DNA of 64,000 nucleotides, from contig OX597814.1 in assembly GCA_951406725.2 (NCBI GenBank), positions 137,516,001 through 137,580,000 on the forward strand, written 5' to 3'. The position numbers and the translations under genes are program-made. The DNA is from Octopus vulgaris (taxonomy: Eukaryota). Numbering within the stretch: the first letter of the stretch is position 1; each line of letters begins with the position of its first letter. Of this stretch, positions 10,557-24,154 are shown in pieces. The notes beneath the pieces are model-generated. The model was not told the origin of the DNA, searched no databases, and worked only from the letters and a program-made list of their open reading frames with translations.

Positions 10557-12779
10557 TATATAAATGAAATGATATACATATAATAGTGTCCTACAAGGGA
10601 TTTAAATTCAAGACAACCACTAGCTGGCTCCTTGTTTTGGGGGTTTTTTTTTTCACTTTATTTGCAGCATTATTTTGCTTCTTCATACCTATAGCATAAA
10701 AGAGTGGGAGAATAAAAAAATACAATATTTGCCTAAACCAAATAAAGATGATCATGAAAAAGGTAACGGGAGAAAACTACTTTGTTGTTGTCTCCCTTGA
10801 GTCGTTAAAGCAATATCAAGTCCACCGCGGTAGGCGTCCACTCTTTCCATAGTCGCTCACTCCGCTTAAAACAACTGTTTAATTCTCTCACAAATTATGG
10901 ATTACTACTGTCTTTTAAAAAAGAGTTGGAGACAGTGAATGATGCGTTCCTGGATGCACCGTTTGCAGAAAAAGAAAAAAAAAGTCTTGGCTGAAACATT
11001 TCTGATCCGGTATGCAAAATTCGACTAAACAGCAACCACGGTGCAAATCGACAATGAGAAATAAAATATATATATAATATCCTGATTATTAAAAACAATG
11101 AGAAAAAGGAAAATAGTCTCCATGTGGTCAGGTCGTTGCAATCACTTAAAAATTAGCTATTAATAGTAGAAATCTATCGAAATGTCTTAATGTTTTTTGT
11201 TATAGAACCGAATGAAGCTGAGTACATATTAGAATGTTTAATATCAATTTTTTTCCTTGAGAAAATTAAGGTCCTTTAAATTTTGCGATGGATTGACAGA
11301 ATCATCAGAGCATCGGACCAAATACCTAACAATATTTAGTTACGATTCTTTATGTTCTGGTTTCCAATCCCGCCAAGACCCATTTTGCTTTTACATCTTT
11401 CTGGGGACTCCCAAATTTCTAACCTTGTGTCTTATGCAATAGATAATGTTTTGCGATTTCCTAAAACTGAATATTTCTAAATCATTCTAACATGAAATCT
11501 AGATCCATGTCAGAATGATTAAGAAATGTCTAAATAACAAGTTGTTTTAAGGTACACGTACTTAATTAGATAAATGATCCACATAATACAAATCCAAAAC
11601 TGAAGAAAACTCAAGCTAGAGCAAAGAATACTGTGTTGAATTGATGTATGAGAGTTGCTTTAAGTGATTTCTTCTTAGCTTCCTAAATTTTAGAACTTGT
11701 AAATCAAACTGCTCGGAGAAAATAAAAAGTGTTAACTTCTCTGCGAGTGTTGTTCTGCCTCGGTTTTAGTTTTCTATTCTATTGCATTTGCCTTATTTTA
11801 TCGACTTCTGAAAAAGGATAGAATTTATCTTGGGCAAGAGTTGAACCTAACTAAACATCATTGGCGTTTTATCTAATGCTCTGCTGATCCTGGAAATATT
11901 TGTCAAATGGAATGCTTTCTAACATTTCAGATTTTTTATTTTACTGTTGATTTTCATTTACTACTTTTCTTTTATACAATAACAGGAGCGACAATTCAAA
12001 AAGAAACTACAAATGCCTTAAACCCTTATAACCAGTTGTTTCAGTCTTAGGCCAACCCTAACTTCTCATCTTTTTTAGGGTTATCGCAGGTTACATTATC
12101 CAGTATGTTTATTTTAAAAGGACACTAGAAAGCGATGTGAAACATATCTAACAGCTACTTATAGAAGGTCATTGTACTTAATCCATTCAAATAGCATTGC
12201 TGCTCTACTTTCCAACCTTTTCTCCTGAAGATATTATATGACCATTCCAGTAGCCGAAAGCAGCAACCAAATTTCTCTTAAATTACGCTCAACGAAACAA
12301 AACGAAAAAGCCACAAAACCACCCGCATTGGATTATGCAACCTGGATAAGTCTGCTGATCATCGGTCTACTCTATCAGGGTTGAGTTGGCAGTCGGTTAA
12401 ATAAACCAACCGGCGGAAAACATGTAGTGGCTCAACGTGATAGAAATGACAGCCCAATCCCACTCAAACTACACTCGACCCTTTTCAATAATCGAAAGAT
12501 ATGTTACATTGTATAATCCTACATAGCCCCTAACAAAGCCGGGATAGTCGTAGCTAGAATGCCATTTTCTTTCTTTTTTTAATTTTTATCATAGATCTAC
12601 TCGATTAGCACTGTACTGAGCGAAGCAAGAAGAGGTGGGAGAATACCTAACGCAAACTCCAAAACAGCTCCTTGCGTGACTGTCATTCCTCTAAACTTAT
12701 ATACGAAAAAAAAAGTCAAAGCGCACTTAAATAGACATGAACACCACAACATCGATAAAATGGATATCACAAGTTAGAA

Positions 12780-12906
12780 CAAAGACGTTGTGAACAACAA
12801 TCGGCGAGAATCTCGTTAGTGTAAGAGTAATCTCGTAGGTTTCGCAAATCTCGTTGAGGTTCTTTTATTTGTTTACTCACGACATTAACTATTAAAACTG
12901 TTCGTC
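12780..12906 (+). promoter_or_regulatory. Putative promoter/5' UTR of the kelch gene
   Basis: Local CpG enrichment, three AATCTCGT motifs within ~55 bp, and a strong start context GTCATGG directly downstream. Confidence 0.4.
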
Positions 12907-12957
12907 ATGGCGTTGGGCAAGCACGGGCAAGTCTCTGATGGTGCTGATGATACTCTG
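12907..12957 (+). CDS. Kelch-like protein, coding exon 1 (MALGKHGQVSDGADDTL)
   Basis: ATG in a good Kozak context and a consensus donor G|GTGAGT after 17 codons (phase 0), which matches the open phase-0 frame at the start of exon 2. There is no domain homology here, so the link is inferred. Confidence 0.65.
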
Positions 12958-14131
12958 GTGAGTCACAAATCATGCACCTTCAACGTAACATTAATCGTAT
13001 ATAAATCAGATCTTCATCGACTTACGATCAACTTTTTATTCTACTTTATATATATATATATATTCAGAGATCGAATATGTTTTACTTCACACATATATAT
13101 CTACAGTATAGACCTGGAAAGATCATAGTTCAAATGAGTACTTAGTATATAATTATGTAGACTATTCTATACTTTATTTTGATAGCGAGAATCTCTACGC
13201 AGAGCTCACGATCTCTTCTCTTTATATATATATATACATACATACATACACACTCGATCATCATTGATATGTATTTATACTCACAAATACACACCTCTTG
13301 CAATGTTCATACATGATCAATTTTTCTGACTGTATGCGAAGAGATGAGCATATACACACAAACGATCATTGGTGAATATTACATCCATAAATACACGATC
13401 GTTGTGTGTATATAAATACACGATCGTTATGTGTGTGTACACACACATGCATATATATGTATGTATATATATATATAAAACACATGATCACTTTCTTTCT
13501 CTGACGTATATACCTTAATCTCAATACAGCTTTACCTACCGCTATATATAAACTCGCAAATATTACCGATTATTTAATTTATACATGCATAATTTCTATA
13601 TCGATTAAATATCTTTTCAACAAAAATAGGATTCTTCTTATTATTTAATAGCTCTAAATTCTGAATTCTATGTAGTGTTATTCGAAATATCCTATTGTTT
13701 AGAAATATACATTTACATTCCCTTGTAATGGATATAAATGTATATCCGATTATCTTTACGCATAAATTTTATGTATTTTCGCCCTAACTGTCCACATTTT
13801 TTCATCAGGACTTTTAAAAAAGCAGCAAAACAAATGGTTTTAAAACGATTTAATTCCTTATTTAGACCGATGAGCAAGAAATGTTTTATTATCAATAAGA
13901 ATATATATATTTTACAACCTTAAAAGAAAAAAATTAGATTTATTTTTAAAACAGCAAGTTGTATTATCTGCTATAAGCTTGCACTATTTCTATTATTCTA
14001 TATTAATAGAAATTATATTTAACAATTTCTGAAATTTGGTTTTCTATAAATTTAGTATGGATATGCAAATTTCGCTACGCAAGTGTTATGTTTTACACAT
14101 TAGGCTTTTTAAAAAATTTTACTTTGTTTAA

Positions 14132-14211
<80 letters not shown>

Positions 14212-16924
14212 TTTCATGTGCATAATATTCTCTATTGTATCCATTGAACGCGATTGTGCTTTAAAAGAAGCTTTGCAATGCAAGTCACTTTCATTCGGAA
14301 TTGATCTGCTTATGTATTACAATAATTATAACGTTATACATACTTATGTATGTATACACCCTTGGACTGCAAACTCTTGTTTTGTGAATATCTTCCCGAT
14401 CTGGTAGAACAATTAAGATAAAGTGTGAAGTGTGGAATGAAATCTCAAAAAGAAATAATTCCGGAACATACATAGAAAGACATATATAATGTGTGTGTGT
14501 TGTCTGATAGAGAAGTCGACATATGATATTGACATATGTTGATAAATGTTGAGTAAAAGGAAGTATTTTCGTCTTGTGTTTCGGTTGTTTATTGTCGTCA
14601 AGACAAATTCTATTTGGAAGAATTAACAATCGACTATCACAAAGTGTATTTCAGATAGATATAAAGAAACAAATATGAAAGATTTATATATATATATATA
14701 TATTATATGAAATAAAGCGAAGATTTTATGTACGCACACTACAAATGCGTATCTTCAAAGAACAAAGAAAGAAAAACGATCGGAGTGTGTATGCGTGTGT
14801 ATATATATATATATATATATATACATACATACATACATACATACATACACAAGCACATGATAATTAGGCAACTAGTAAGCATGAAAAAATGAGATTGAAA
14901 CTGCTTTGTATAGTTTTCCTCTTACATTTAACTTTTTTTGTAGGAAAATATTCATAGCTTTCACATTTCTTTTTATTTTATTGTTGTGCGATGTATCTAA
15001 ATCTATATTGTAGATTGTATAAAAGCAACTTTTCATGTGATTTGAAATAATGTAAATAAATAATTGGATAATCCCCACCCCACCTCCACTTCCAACGCAA
15101 AGTTTATAAATGAAGCAAGTCTCTTCATCTATACGGTCTTTACAAATATCGAACAAATAAAAGGATCATCTGCGACAAATCTTTGTCAGTAGCTTTAGTC
15201 GATTAATGCTGACGATGATGGTAATTTATTTAATAGAATCAGAATGGGGGGAAAAAAATTTTGTATTCTATAATTATAACCGCTGAAAGCTTATGAGGTT
15301 ACATATTCCTTCGCACGAAATCTTTATTCAAATTTTGATGATCAACTAAACGAGAACATGACTCCTACTAGGTCGGTACAATAGTAGTCACTTATCGAGC
15401 TGCAAGAAAACCAGTACGAGATCGGAAGCGAGTGAACGCAAGTTCTTCGGTACTTATGCACAGACTTGATGCTGGATCTGAGACGAATGCGAAAAACAGC
15501 AGCTCCGAGAAATATTGATATAAGATACTGTTCCAACACTGTACAAAAAAAATGCTGTAATTGTTTCCTTAGAAAGCTGCATATAATTATAGATTTCAAA
15601 TATTTCACTTTACACCGCTAATGTCTTTAGGAAAAGGCGTGTTCACGCTCTCAACCGCCCCCCCTTCCAGACCTTTGAAACAAGTAAAGCTGATGGTGAT
15701 AACCCATTGTCAAATTTATTGGATCAAAAAGGATCGAAGAACTGACACTTCATCGTAGTTTTTTCTAGGGATAAATAAATTGTTTGATACAATACGCTGT
15801 CATTCATTCATTACCAAGTCGTGGGATACATAAACCAAACGCAAAACATGTGACAGCCATACCTTTTCCCTTGGTATTAGCATAGCAAATAAAGCAACAT
15901 AGTTACACTTAGTAAACCTACAACAATTAAAAATTAATATTATTAACCATACTAAATTCCCTCTAATCATCCCAATCAGCCAAATTACCCACTAATTTAG
16001 GACACCAGATTAAGACTCATGAATGTCACCGCTACCCCTTTTCCTCACATTAAGTTACCTTTAGTCTGCCCTGCAGTATATACACACATGCTGCACAGGA
16101 AAGTAATAACCTGCCTTGGTCACATTGTCATAAAGCTTGTAAGTGGTGACAAAGATCTGATTTCAATTTGCTGTTGAAAGCCACTACTTCATTTGTGCTT
16201 GTTGAGGCCCCATAAAAGAAATGAATGCCACATAATTCAATTTATGCTATCTCCTGAATATCTATCTGGACTTGTGCCTTGACAAATGTACTGACATTGT
16301 TGCATATATCACAGTGAAAGTAGTTTCCACATGGTTGCTCAGCCTGCTAGAGATAAGAGCCCAAATTCTTTCAAATCAGTACCTACTATTTTAAAAAGTG
16401 AAGGACACATTAGATAATGTGTACAGTCCCATGTGCACTCTGAAAAAGAAAGGGTAAGAAAAAGATGGAATAGTCATGGTTAGAACACTTTTGATTGTAG
16501 ATCAACTGGACCAGGGCTGAATTGAATATAAATATGAACAACTTGTGAAAATGTAAGCCAACTATGGGTTTGGAATGTGGTGAGTTAATCTGCTAGAAAT
16601 AACTGTTAAACCACTTTCAACCCACATTCTACTAGCTTAAAAAATAAGGAAGGATGCATAACATAATATAGTTGTAACTTGATACATGATACCTGAAAAT
16701 AATTAAAAACATAAACATAATGGTCATAAATGGAATGCTAAACTAGAACTGATCAGTATCAAACAACTGAAAATGTGTAAAAATATTAGGTCTAATGTTT
16801 TTGTTTATTTTTCTCCTGTATGTGTGAGTGCATGTGTTTCAATCTGCCTCTTAATTTTTGAATTTATGTATATTCTGCAAAATTAATTTTATTTAAAGGA
16901 TAACAATAACAATTATCTTTTATC

Positions 16925-17298
16925 ATTTACTTGTTTCAGTCACTGGACTCTGTGGCTATCCCGGGGCACTACCTCAAAGTGTTTAGTGTAACAAATCAAC
17001 CCTAATCCTTTTTTTAAGCGTAGTACTTGTTCTATTGGTTTATTTTGCTGGATCACTATTTTATGGAGACATAAACAAACCAACCGCAGTTGCCAAGTTG
17101 AGTTGAGTGACAAACACAAACATATATAAATATATATATACAGTTGGTTCCCACACAGTTTCTGTCCATCAAATTCACTCACAAGGCATCGGTCAGCCTG
17201 GGACTATAGTAGAAGACATTTGCCCAAGATACCATGTAAATGGTCTGAACCCAAAACCACATGATTGCTAAGTAAGCCTTTTAGCCACACAACCATGC
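16925..17298 (-). mobile_element. tRNA-derived SINE family A (diverged copy)
   Basis: Reverse complement of the TGTGTGG...GGGTTCAG...TTGGGCAA.TGTCTTCTACTATAG head and the TGACTGAAACAAGTAAA tail seen at 30194. Confidence 0.75.
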
Positions 17299-19859
17299 TC
17301 TAAGAAATTGGCAAGGAGGGGAACAATCTATCTTTGCCTGATTTGAAAATGACTGGATATAATTAAATACTGATCTATTGATTCTGACAATCTATTGCTT
17401 TTTGACACTTTTTCCATGATGGTATGGAATAGACCGTTTTTCTGAGACAGTGCTTAACAGCTGGATGCTTTTCAAATCACCAACCTTTTTTGTCACTTTT
17501 TGGCGACAAATAAGTATACAATGTACTTGTTTTTGAACTGAAATGTTAGAAATCTTTATTATTTCAATTGTTCCTTTTTTCATTACATGCTTTCACTGCA
17601 CAGCTGAGTGCAACTCTGTAGTAAGCATTGTGTATTATAATGTTGTTTTACCAATTATATTGAAAGTATTCTATGTAAGGTGTGTGTGCAGTGTCTGGTA
17701 GTGCTATTTCTGTATGTGTGCAAATCCTGGCATTCTGTTTACACATTTATCAGCATCTTAAGACAATAGTTTATGTTTGTCTCTGATTCTAGATCTCTAT
17801 CTCAAGATAGTTTCTCCATTTCTTTTAGAAATCTGTAATTCTTTATTGGCACTGACATATCACTCAGAAGACCTTTTTTTTTACTAGTAGTCCTTGACAA
17901 TAATATCCAATCAATTTACCTTGATCTCTGTCTAACATTATAAGCAGGCTGACAGAATGTTTGGCAATATTTCTTCAGACTCTACATTCTGAAGTTAACT
18001 TTATCTTTCATCATTTCTGAATTGATAAAAAAAGCAATCAAGTATTGGGGTTAAAGTAATTGACTAACTCCCTCCCATCAAAATTTAATGATCAGTAGAA
18101 ACCAGTATTATTACAGGACAGGAAATTACAAATAATAGAGCAGACTAATAATGTAATGCAGTTAGATTTCTTTGTGTTCAAATCTGATCAAGACCAAGTT
18201 TACCTTTCATTTCTCCAAGGTCAGTGAAATAAACACCAGTATTACACTGGGTCACATTGATTCCATTCTTCTCTTTGGTCTGTGAATACATATTATTTTC
18301 AATTTAAGGGTCTTGGAGGGCAGAATATGAAGTAAGTACTGCTGTTGATCTATTTGACTATATTCTTCCCCCAAATTTATCTCCTTGTATCAATATGAGA
18401 AATCATGGATTGGTAGAATCATTAGTGGATCAAAATGTCTCGCACTATTTAGTTATGGCTCTTTATATTCTGAGTCAAAATTAAATTCAAAGGTCAAATA
18501 CACCTTTCATTCTTCCAGAGGTGAGAAAACAAAGTATAACGCACGTACTGGGGTTGATACAATCAACTGTTTCCTCTCTCCAAAACTTCTAATCTTGTGT
18601 CTGTGTGAGAAAACACTCTGAAATTGTGTGAAGGAGCATGTATAACACACTGTAACTTGTATAATGCATTTGTCAAGAAACTAATAGATGTCATGGTTAT
18701 TTGAGAGGAATTCATGAAACATTTTAAAGATAGAGTATTAGTGAAGACTACAGTAAGTATGATAATTTAGAATAACCCTACTCTGAGGACACAAGAAATC
18801 TTCTATCACATCCAGCTCCCAGAATACAAATGAGAACCTTTGTACCCAGAAAGTTTCAATATGAGCAAAACAGACTGTCAGAACTACTATATGAAGTGAA
18901 AGAAGACAAAGAGAATAGCAATGTGTTGAAAATGAGATGAGTCCAATGTGAGGAATACTCAAATGATAAATTACTATTGAGAACTACAGTCTACAAATTA
19001 TGAAGTATTGTACAGGATATGGAAAATTTCATATTCATTTCTGACACCAAAGATGCTCACAGGCATTTTGAAGTATAGCAATTTTGACAAGTATCAGACA
19101 GTCAATATCAGGGATGCACTAACCTAAACTACTTAATGGGTTCTCAGCTGTGTGTGAGTTACTCTAAAATTTTTTCCATGGTTTTTACTAATTTTTGATA
19201 GGTTCATTGTATAATGTCCCTATCCAATGTCTCCTTGACGATATAAATACCACTCTATTTGTGTGGGTTGATGTAATCAACTAGCTGTCTCTCCCTTAAA
19301 ATTGATGTTCTTGCTTAAATCAGAAGTCATTATTTTTATAAGGACAAGTTGAACACTGGGGTGAATGTAATTGACACGCCCCCTGCCCACCAAATTTAAT
19401 GCCTTATACCTCTAGTAGAAAGGATTATTATTAGATGTAGAGAGGGTGTAGATACAGGTTAGCTGCTAGAATAATTGATGATACCTTATTATTAAAGTTC
19501 AACTTCTGAAGTTCTTGCTTTCCAGTCTCCCAGAGTCAGTAAATTGAAATATCTGTAAGATATGCAATTTTGGAGATTGCAGTAGTCTGCTTTGCCAGGA
19601 AAGAATGACAAGATGCTGAATGTAAATACAGATTACATAGAAGAGAAATAAAAGAAAGCACACCATAGCATACAACCATTTTAAGCGGTTGACTAAAAGG
19701 GCAATACTTTAATTTGAACAATGTATAACAACCAACCCAGACAGTAAAGTGTTCTAGAAATATTTATGCTTACAAAACAGAGGTATCACTCTCTAGTTAG
19801 CCTTTTCTGCATTAGCCATACAGGTCAGATTACTGATAATCCCAAGGAGTGCTCAAAGC

Positions 19860-21010
19860 TTAATGTCAAATTCTATGGTAGCACTTTTACTGCTGAAAAT
19901 CCAAATGTACCATTGTCATTGTGACTAACCAAATAGCATGATATCTGTTTACACCTGCAATGTTGCAATATCATCTGAATCTAAAGTATAAAGGCAATAC
20001 TGTTTCCTTAGCTCTAAATTGTGTTACTTATATGTCTCTCAAGCAGTATAAAATTTCCATCATTATTCTTATTGTAAAAGGTGACTGCACATCACCTGTC
20101 TATTATCAACCTGTCAGTCTCATTAGCTACATCAAAAAATTGGAGTTTTACATCGGAGAGATACTCCGGAAATCTATAGCCTTATTCTATCCTCACAATT
20201 TGTACTTATCTCTAACTCCAGCTGCTGTGTACAACTTATTAAATTTCTTGAAGGCGTTATTCAAATTACAGATGGCACCGCATGGGTGGATATTGTCTAT
20301 CTAGAGGTCACCAAAGCATTTAATTGTGCCACAGCAAAGCTCTTGGCAATGGGCTAATCTTTATAACTGGTTAAAGTCCTTCATTGGATGAAAAAAAATA
20401 GTTGTAGCACAGGGACATTGTGTACCTCTGCAATGGTATGAGGAGTCTTGCATAGATCTGTTCTTGGTTCTCTGTTGCATCTATTAATGAAATAGATGCC
20501 AAATTTATTAAAATACTACATTTCTCAAATTGTGAAAACATTCAAAGGTATTTTGGCAGCATTCAGTAACACTTCCCTCAACTGCTCAATAGCTATCTAT
20601 TTAAAGCTATATATGGCTATGGTGCCTGTATATCTCTTATTTGGAACCCCTATCACATTCTAAATACTAATCTACAGGAAGCTGTCCAGAAATGTGCAAC
20701 TAGATGAATATCTCCATTAGTTACTATACCTGGTTCTCTGGGCATCAACACACTTAAGCTTCAGCATCTAGCAGCTGACTTGGTAGAAGGCCACAAGATT
20801 ACCCATCATCTTCCAACAGTTAACTTAGACCACTTTTTTTAAAAATCAATATCTCTACTACCCATGGATGCATTCATATAAAGGATAGAGCCCCCCCCCC
20901 CCCGCCAGCACAATAGCCATTTCTTTCAGAAACACTTCATGCTCAGAATTGTCAAAGCATGGGATAATCTACCTCTGTTGGTTGTTTGCTATCAGGGCAC
21001 TGTATCCTTA
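19860..21010 (+). mobile_element. Decayed CR1/L2-like LINE reverse transcriptase fragment
   Basis: Remnant motifs KGD..SP..YQPVSLIS, VDIVYL..TKAF, GVL..SVLG and EAVQKCATR, with many stops and indels. Confidence 0.65.
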
Positions 21011-21201
21011 AAAAATTCCAAGCTTCCCCAAATTTGCCAATGCCACTCCCGTCTTTTTGCATTTTATGCTGTGTATTGTGCTTGTACTTTTTACAATCAT
21101 AGTAGTATTTCTTCACCGGATTCTGTTTTGTCCCCTCTTTTACCCTTTTCTTATGAGTTGTTTTGCACCTGAGAACTGTGAACAATTAACTGATTATTAT
21201 T

Positions 21202-21665
21202 AAGGTGGCGAGCTGGCAGAATCATTAGCACACTGGGAAAAATGTTTTGCGATATTTCGTCCATCTTCACCTTCTGAGTTCAAATTCTGCCAAGGTTGAC
21301 TTTATCTTTCATCCTTTCAGGGTCGATTAAATAAGTACCAGTTACACATTGGGATTAATGTAATCGACTTAATCCCTTCCCCCAAATGTGAGGCTCTGTG
21401 CTTCCAGTAGAAAGGATTGTTGTTGTTATTACTACTACTACTACTACTAAGGTGGTGAGCTGGCAGAATGGTTAGCATGCTGGGCGAAATGGTTAGCAGT
21501 ATTTAACCTGCCTTCATGTTCTGAGTTCAAATTCCGCTGACGTCGACTTTGCCTTTCATCCTTTCGGGGTTGATGAATTAAATACCAGTGAAACACAGGT
21601 TGATTGTAATTGACTCATCCCCTCCCCCAAAATTTCAGACCTTGTGTCTATAGTACAAAGGACAA
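21202..21665 (+). mobile_element. Two tandem copies of SINE family B (Nin/Deu-like central domain)
   Basis: AAGGTGGCGAGCTGGCAGAA...GAGTTCAAATTC (B box)...CTTTCATCCTTTCGGGGTCGAT...TACCAGT; copies at ~21202-21420 and ~21449-21665. Confidence 0.8.
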
Positions 21666-21905
21666 GGGTTTTTTTTTTTTTCCTTTTTTTAATGATGTGT
21701 AGAGAAAAAATGATTACCACAAGAAGTGGTAAACAAAGAATGAGTGCCTGATATTTCAGAACCTTTGTCATCATTATTGTTTTAACATCTGGCTTTTTTC
21801 TAAGCCAAACACATGGCTATGGTTATGTCTTTGACCATTGTGCCATATTTAAAATGCTTAACACATATCTTGACCAATAAGCATTGTAGTACATACATAC
21901 TCTCT

Positions 21906-21935
<30 letters not shown>

Positions 21936-21936
<1 letters not shown>

Positions 21937-22183
21937 CATCATCATCATCATCGTTTAGCGTCCGTTTTCCATGCTAGCATGGGTTGGACGGTTCTACTGG
22001 GGTCTGTGAAGCCAGAAGGCTTCATCAGGCCCAGTCAAATCTGGCAGTGTTTCTACGGCTGGATGCCCTTCCTAACGCCAACCACTCCGTGAGTGTAGTG
22101 GGTGCTTTTTACGTGCCACCTGCACAGGTGCCAGACAGAGCTGGCAAACGGCCACGAACGGATGGTGCTTTTTACGTGCCACC
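21936..22183 (-). mobile_element. 3' tail of the RTE LINE (5'-truncated copy)
   Basis: Matches 57720-57920 (GGTTGGCGTTAGGAAGGGCATCCAGC...CCATGC.AGCATGG...(ATG)n). Confidence 0.8.
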
Positions 22184-22589
22184 ATATATATATATATATA
22201 TATATTGACCATTTCATCAGTGGAATATTCAATATTAATAAAGAAATTTCCTGTTAATATTTACAAGTTTATAAATTCTAAATTTTTTTGAGTAGTAGTA
22301 GTAGTAGTAGTAGTAAGACTATAAAATTATTTTCTGAGATGTTTACTTTTCAGCATCTAGCACTCATTTTCAAAGCTTAGTTGTTGTACATTTTCCAATG
22401 TGCCACTTAAAAGACTGGTTGGATTTGAGGAAAACTTTCTTTCCCTAACTTCCACACTAAGCAACTATGTCAAGGCATTCATTGGTTCATCTAGACATAA
22501 TACATCCCCTCTTTATATATATATTAATCATTCATAGTTGTGCCAATATAGATCGTTTCTCTGAAGAGGTGTAATAAGAGTGAAACATA

Positions 22590-23200
22590 TCTATTGCTTC
22601 CCAACTACATGGTCTCAGGTTCAGTCCCACTGTGTGGCACCTCATGGCAAGTGTTTTCTACTTATTTCTTTACTGACCACAAGGGGCTAAACACAGAGGG
22701 GACAAACGAGGACAGACAAATGGATTAAGTTGATTATATCGACCCCAGTGCGTAACTGGTACTTATTTAATCGACCCCGAAAGGATGAAAGGCAAAATTA
22801 ACCTTGGCGGAATTTGAACTCAGAACGTAATGGCAGACAAAATATCACTAGGCATTTCGCCCGGCATGCTTAACGTTTTTGCCAGGTCGCCACCTTTCTA
22901 CTATAGCGCTGAGCCAACCAAAGCCTTGTGAATGGATTTGGTAGATAGAAACTGATGTATGTGTGTGTATTACTGTCTCCTTGGCTTGACTTCACGTGAT
23001 GATTGTAAATGAATGTCACCATCATGCAAGCAGTGTCCTTCATTTCCAGTCTTCCATGAAAACAATGTTTGGTCATAGGGAATATTACTTGGAAATAGGT
23101 GAGAGTCAGTGACAGGAAAGGCATCTGGTTGTAGAAAATGTACCTCAAGCTCCACCCGAGCCATGCAAGAATGAAAAAGTGAATGTTAAAACAATGGTTA
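22590..23200 (+). mobile_element. SINE family A interrupted by a family B SINE (22663-22894, - strand)
   Basis: Family A reads through when the insert is removed. The insert is flanked by an 8-bp TSD TTTCTACT (22655-22662 / 22895-22902). Confidence 0.8.
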
Positions 23201-23384
23201 TGAAATCTAATTGTGCTCATTGCACTATATACACATCAATGTATATTTATTTTTCCATGGTTGCATGAGTTTTGAATGGGAAGCCTGCTTCTTTTGTCTC
23301 TGCTGGCATGGTTTGGATAAGTATTATTAGGGCAGTTCTACAACTGAGTAGCCCTTCTATTGCCAACACTTGTTTAGGTTTATC

Positions 23385-23451
<67 letters not shown>

Positions 23452-23461
23452 AATGATGTAT

Positions 23462-23680
23462 ATATATATGTATATAAATAATGTATATAAATCGTTAGCT
23501 CCTACACACATTTTTTCTCTCCTTGTTTTTTTTCTGTGTATCTTTCTGTCAAAGAGCGTAGGCTCGAAACGTAAAAGACTTGTTCTATTTCTATTCCTGA
23601 GCGCCATACTAATGCATTTGTTTGTTTGTACTCCACCTGCCTTCGTCTTTTGTTTATTTTCGTAAACCTTCCCGTTATAT
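23462..23680 (+). mobile_element. Penelope-like terminal fragment with a degenerate hammerhead, embedded in (TA)n
   Basis: CTTT-CTGTCAA-AGAGC-GTAG-GCTC-GAAA-CGTA-AAAG at 23542-23577, with microsatellite flanks. Confidence 0.45.
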
Positions 23681-23767
23681 ATATATATATATTTATATAT
23701 ATACACACATATATGCACATTCAAATTTATATATCATATTTATTTTATTATTTATTTCTATTAACAG

Positions 23768-24154
23768 GATGTCAGGCCAAATGAACCAAAGGAACAATGC
23801 CGAAGGTCTGAATTCGATAGTTTAATTCCCATGATTGACATGCAATCGGAATGTCATGGAAGCAAGTTGATGAAAGGATATCAGAAGTTACGAGATGATG
23901 AGCATTTATTTGACTATACAATATATGTTGAAAATGAGAGCATATCTGTTCATAAAACTTTGTTGGCTGCAAGCAGTGACTATTTTCATGCCATGTTGAC
24001 AGGAAGTATGAAGGAAAGCCGTGAGGACTCTGTAACATTGCGTGGTCTTACAGCTATAGGAGTTCAAGCCATCATCAACTTTGCTTACACTGGCTTGTTA
24101 GAAATAACAAGCGATAATATAGATGACATTCTCTTAGCTGCTAGCCATCTTCAG
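23768..24154 (+). CDS. Kelch-like protein, exon 2 (BTB/POZ domain)
   Basis: Acceptor TTAACAG| and donor CAG|GTAAAG. Encodes HGSKLMKGYQKLRDDEHLFDYTI...VHKTLLAASSDYFHAMLTGSMKES...AIINFAYTG...ILLAASHLQ. Confidence 0.95.

Noticed and set aside
15340-15620. Possible hAT transposase C-terminal relic (LIELQEN...)
   Set aside because: Similarity is too fragmentary to support without a search.
22555-22595. CTGAAGA...GAAAC hammerhead candidate (also - strand candidates at ~24790-24820 and ~60655-60685)
   Set aside because: Stem II and/or stem III do not form convincingly.
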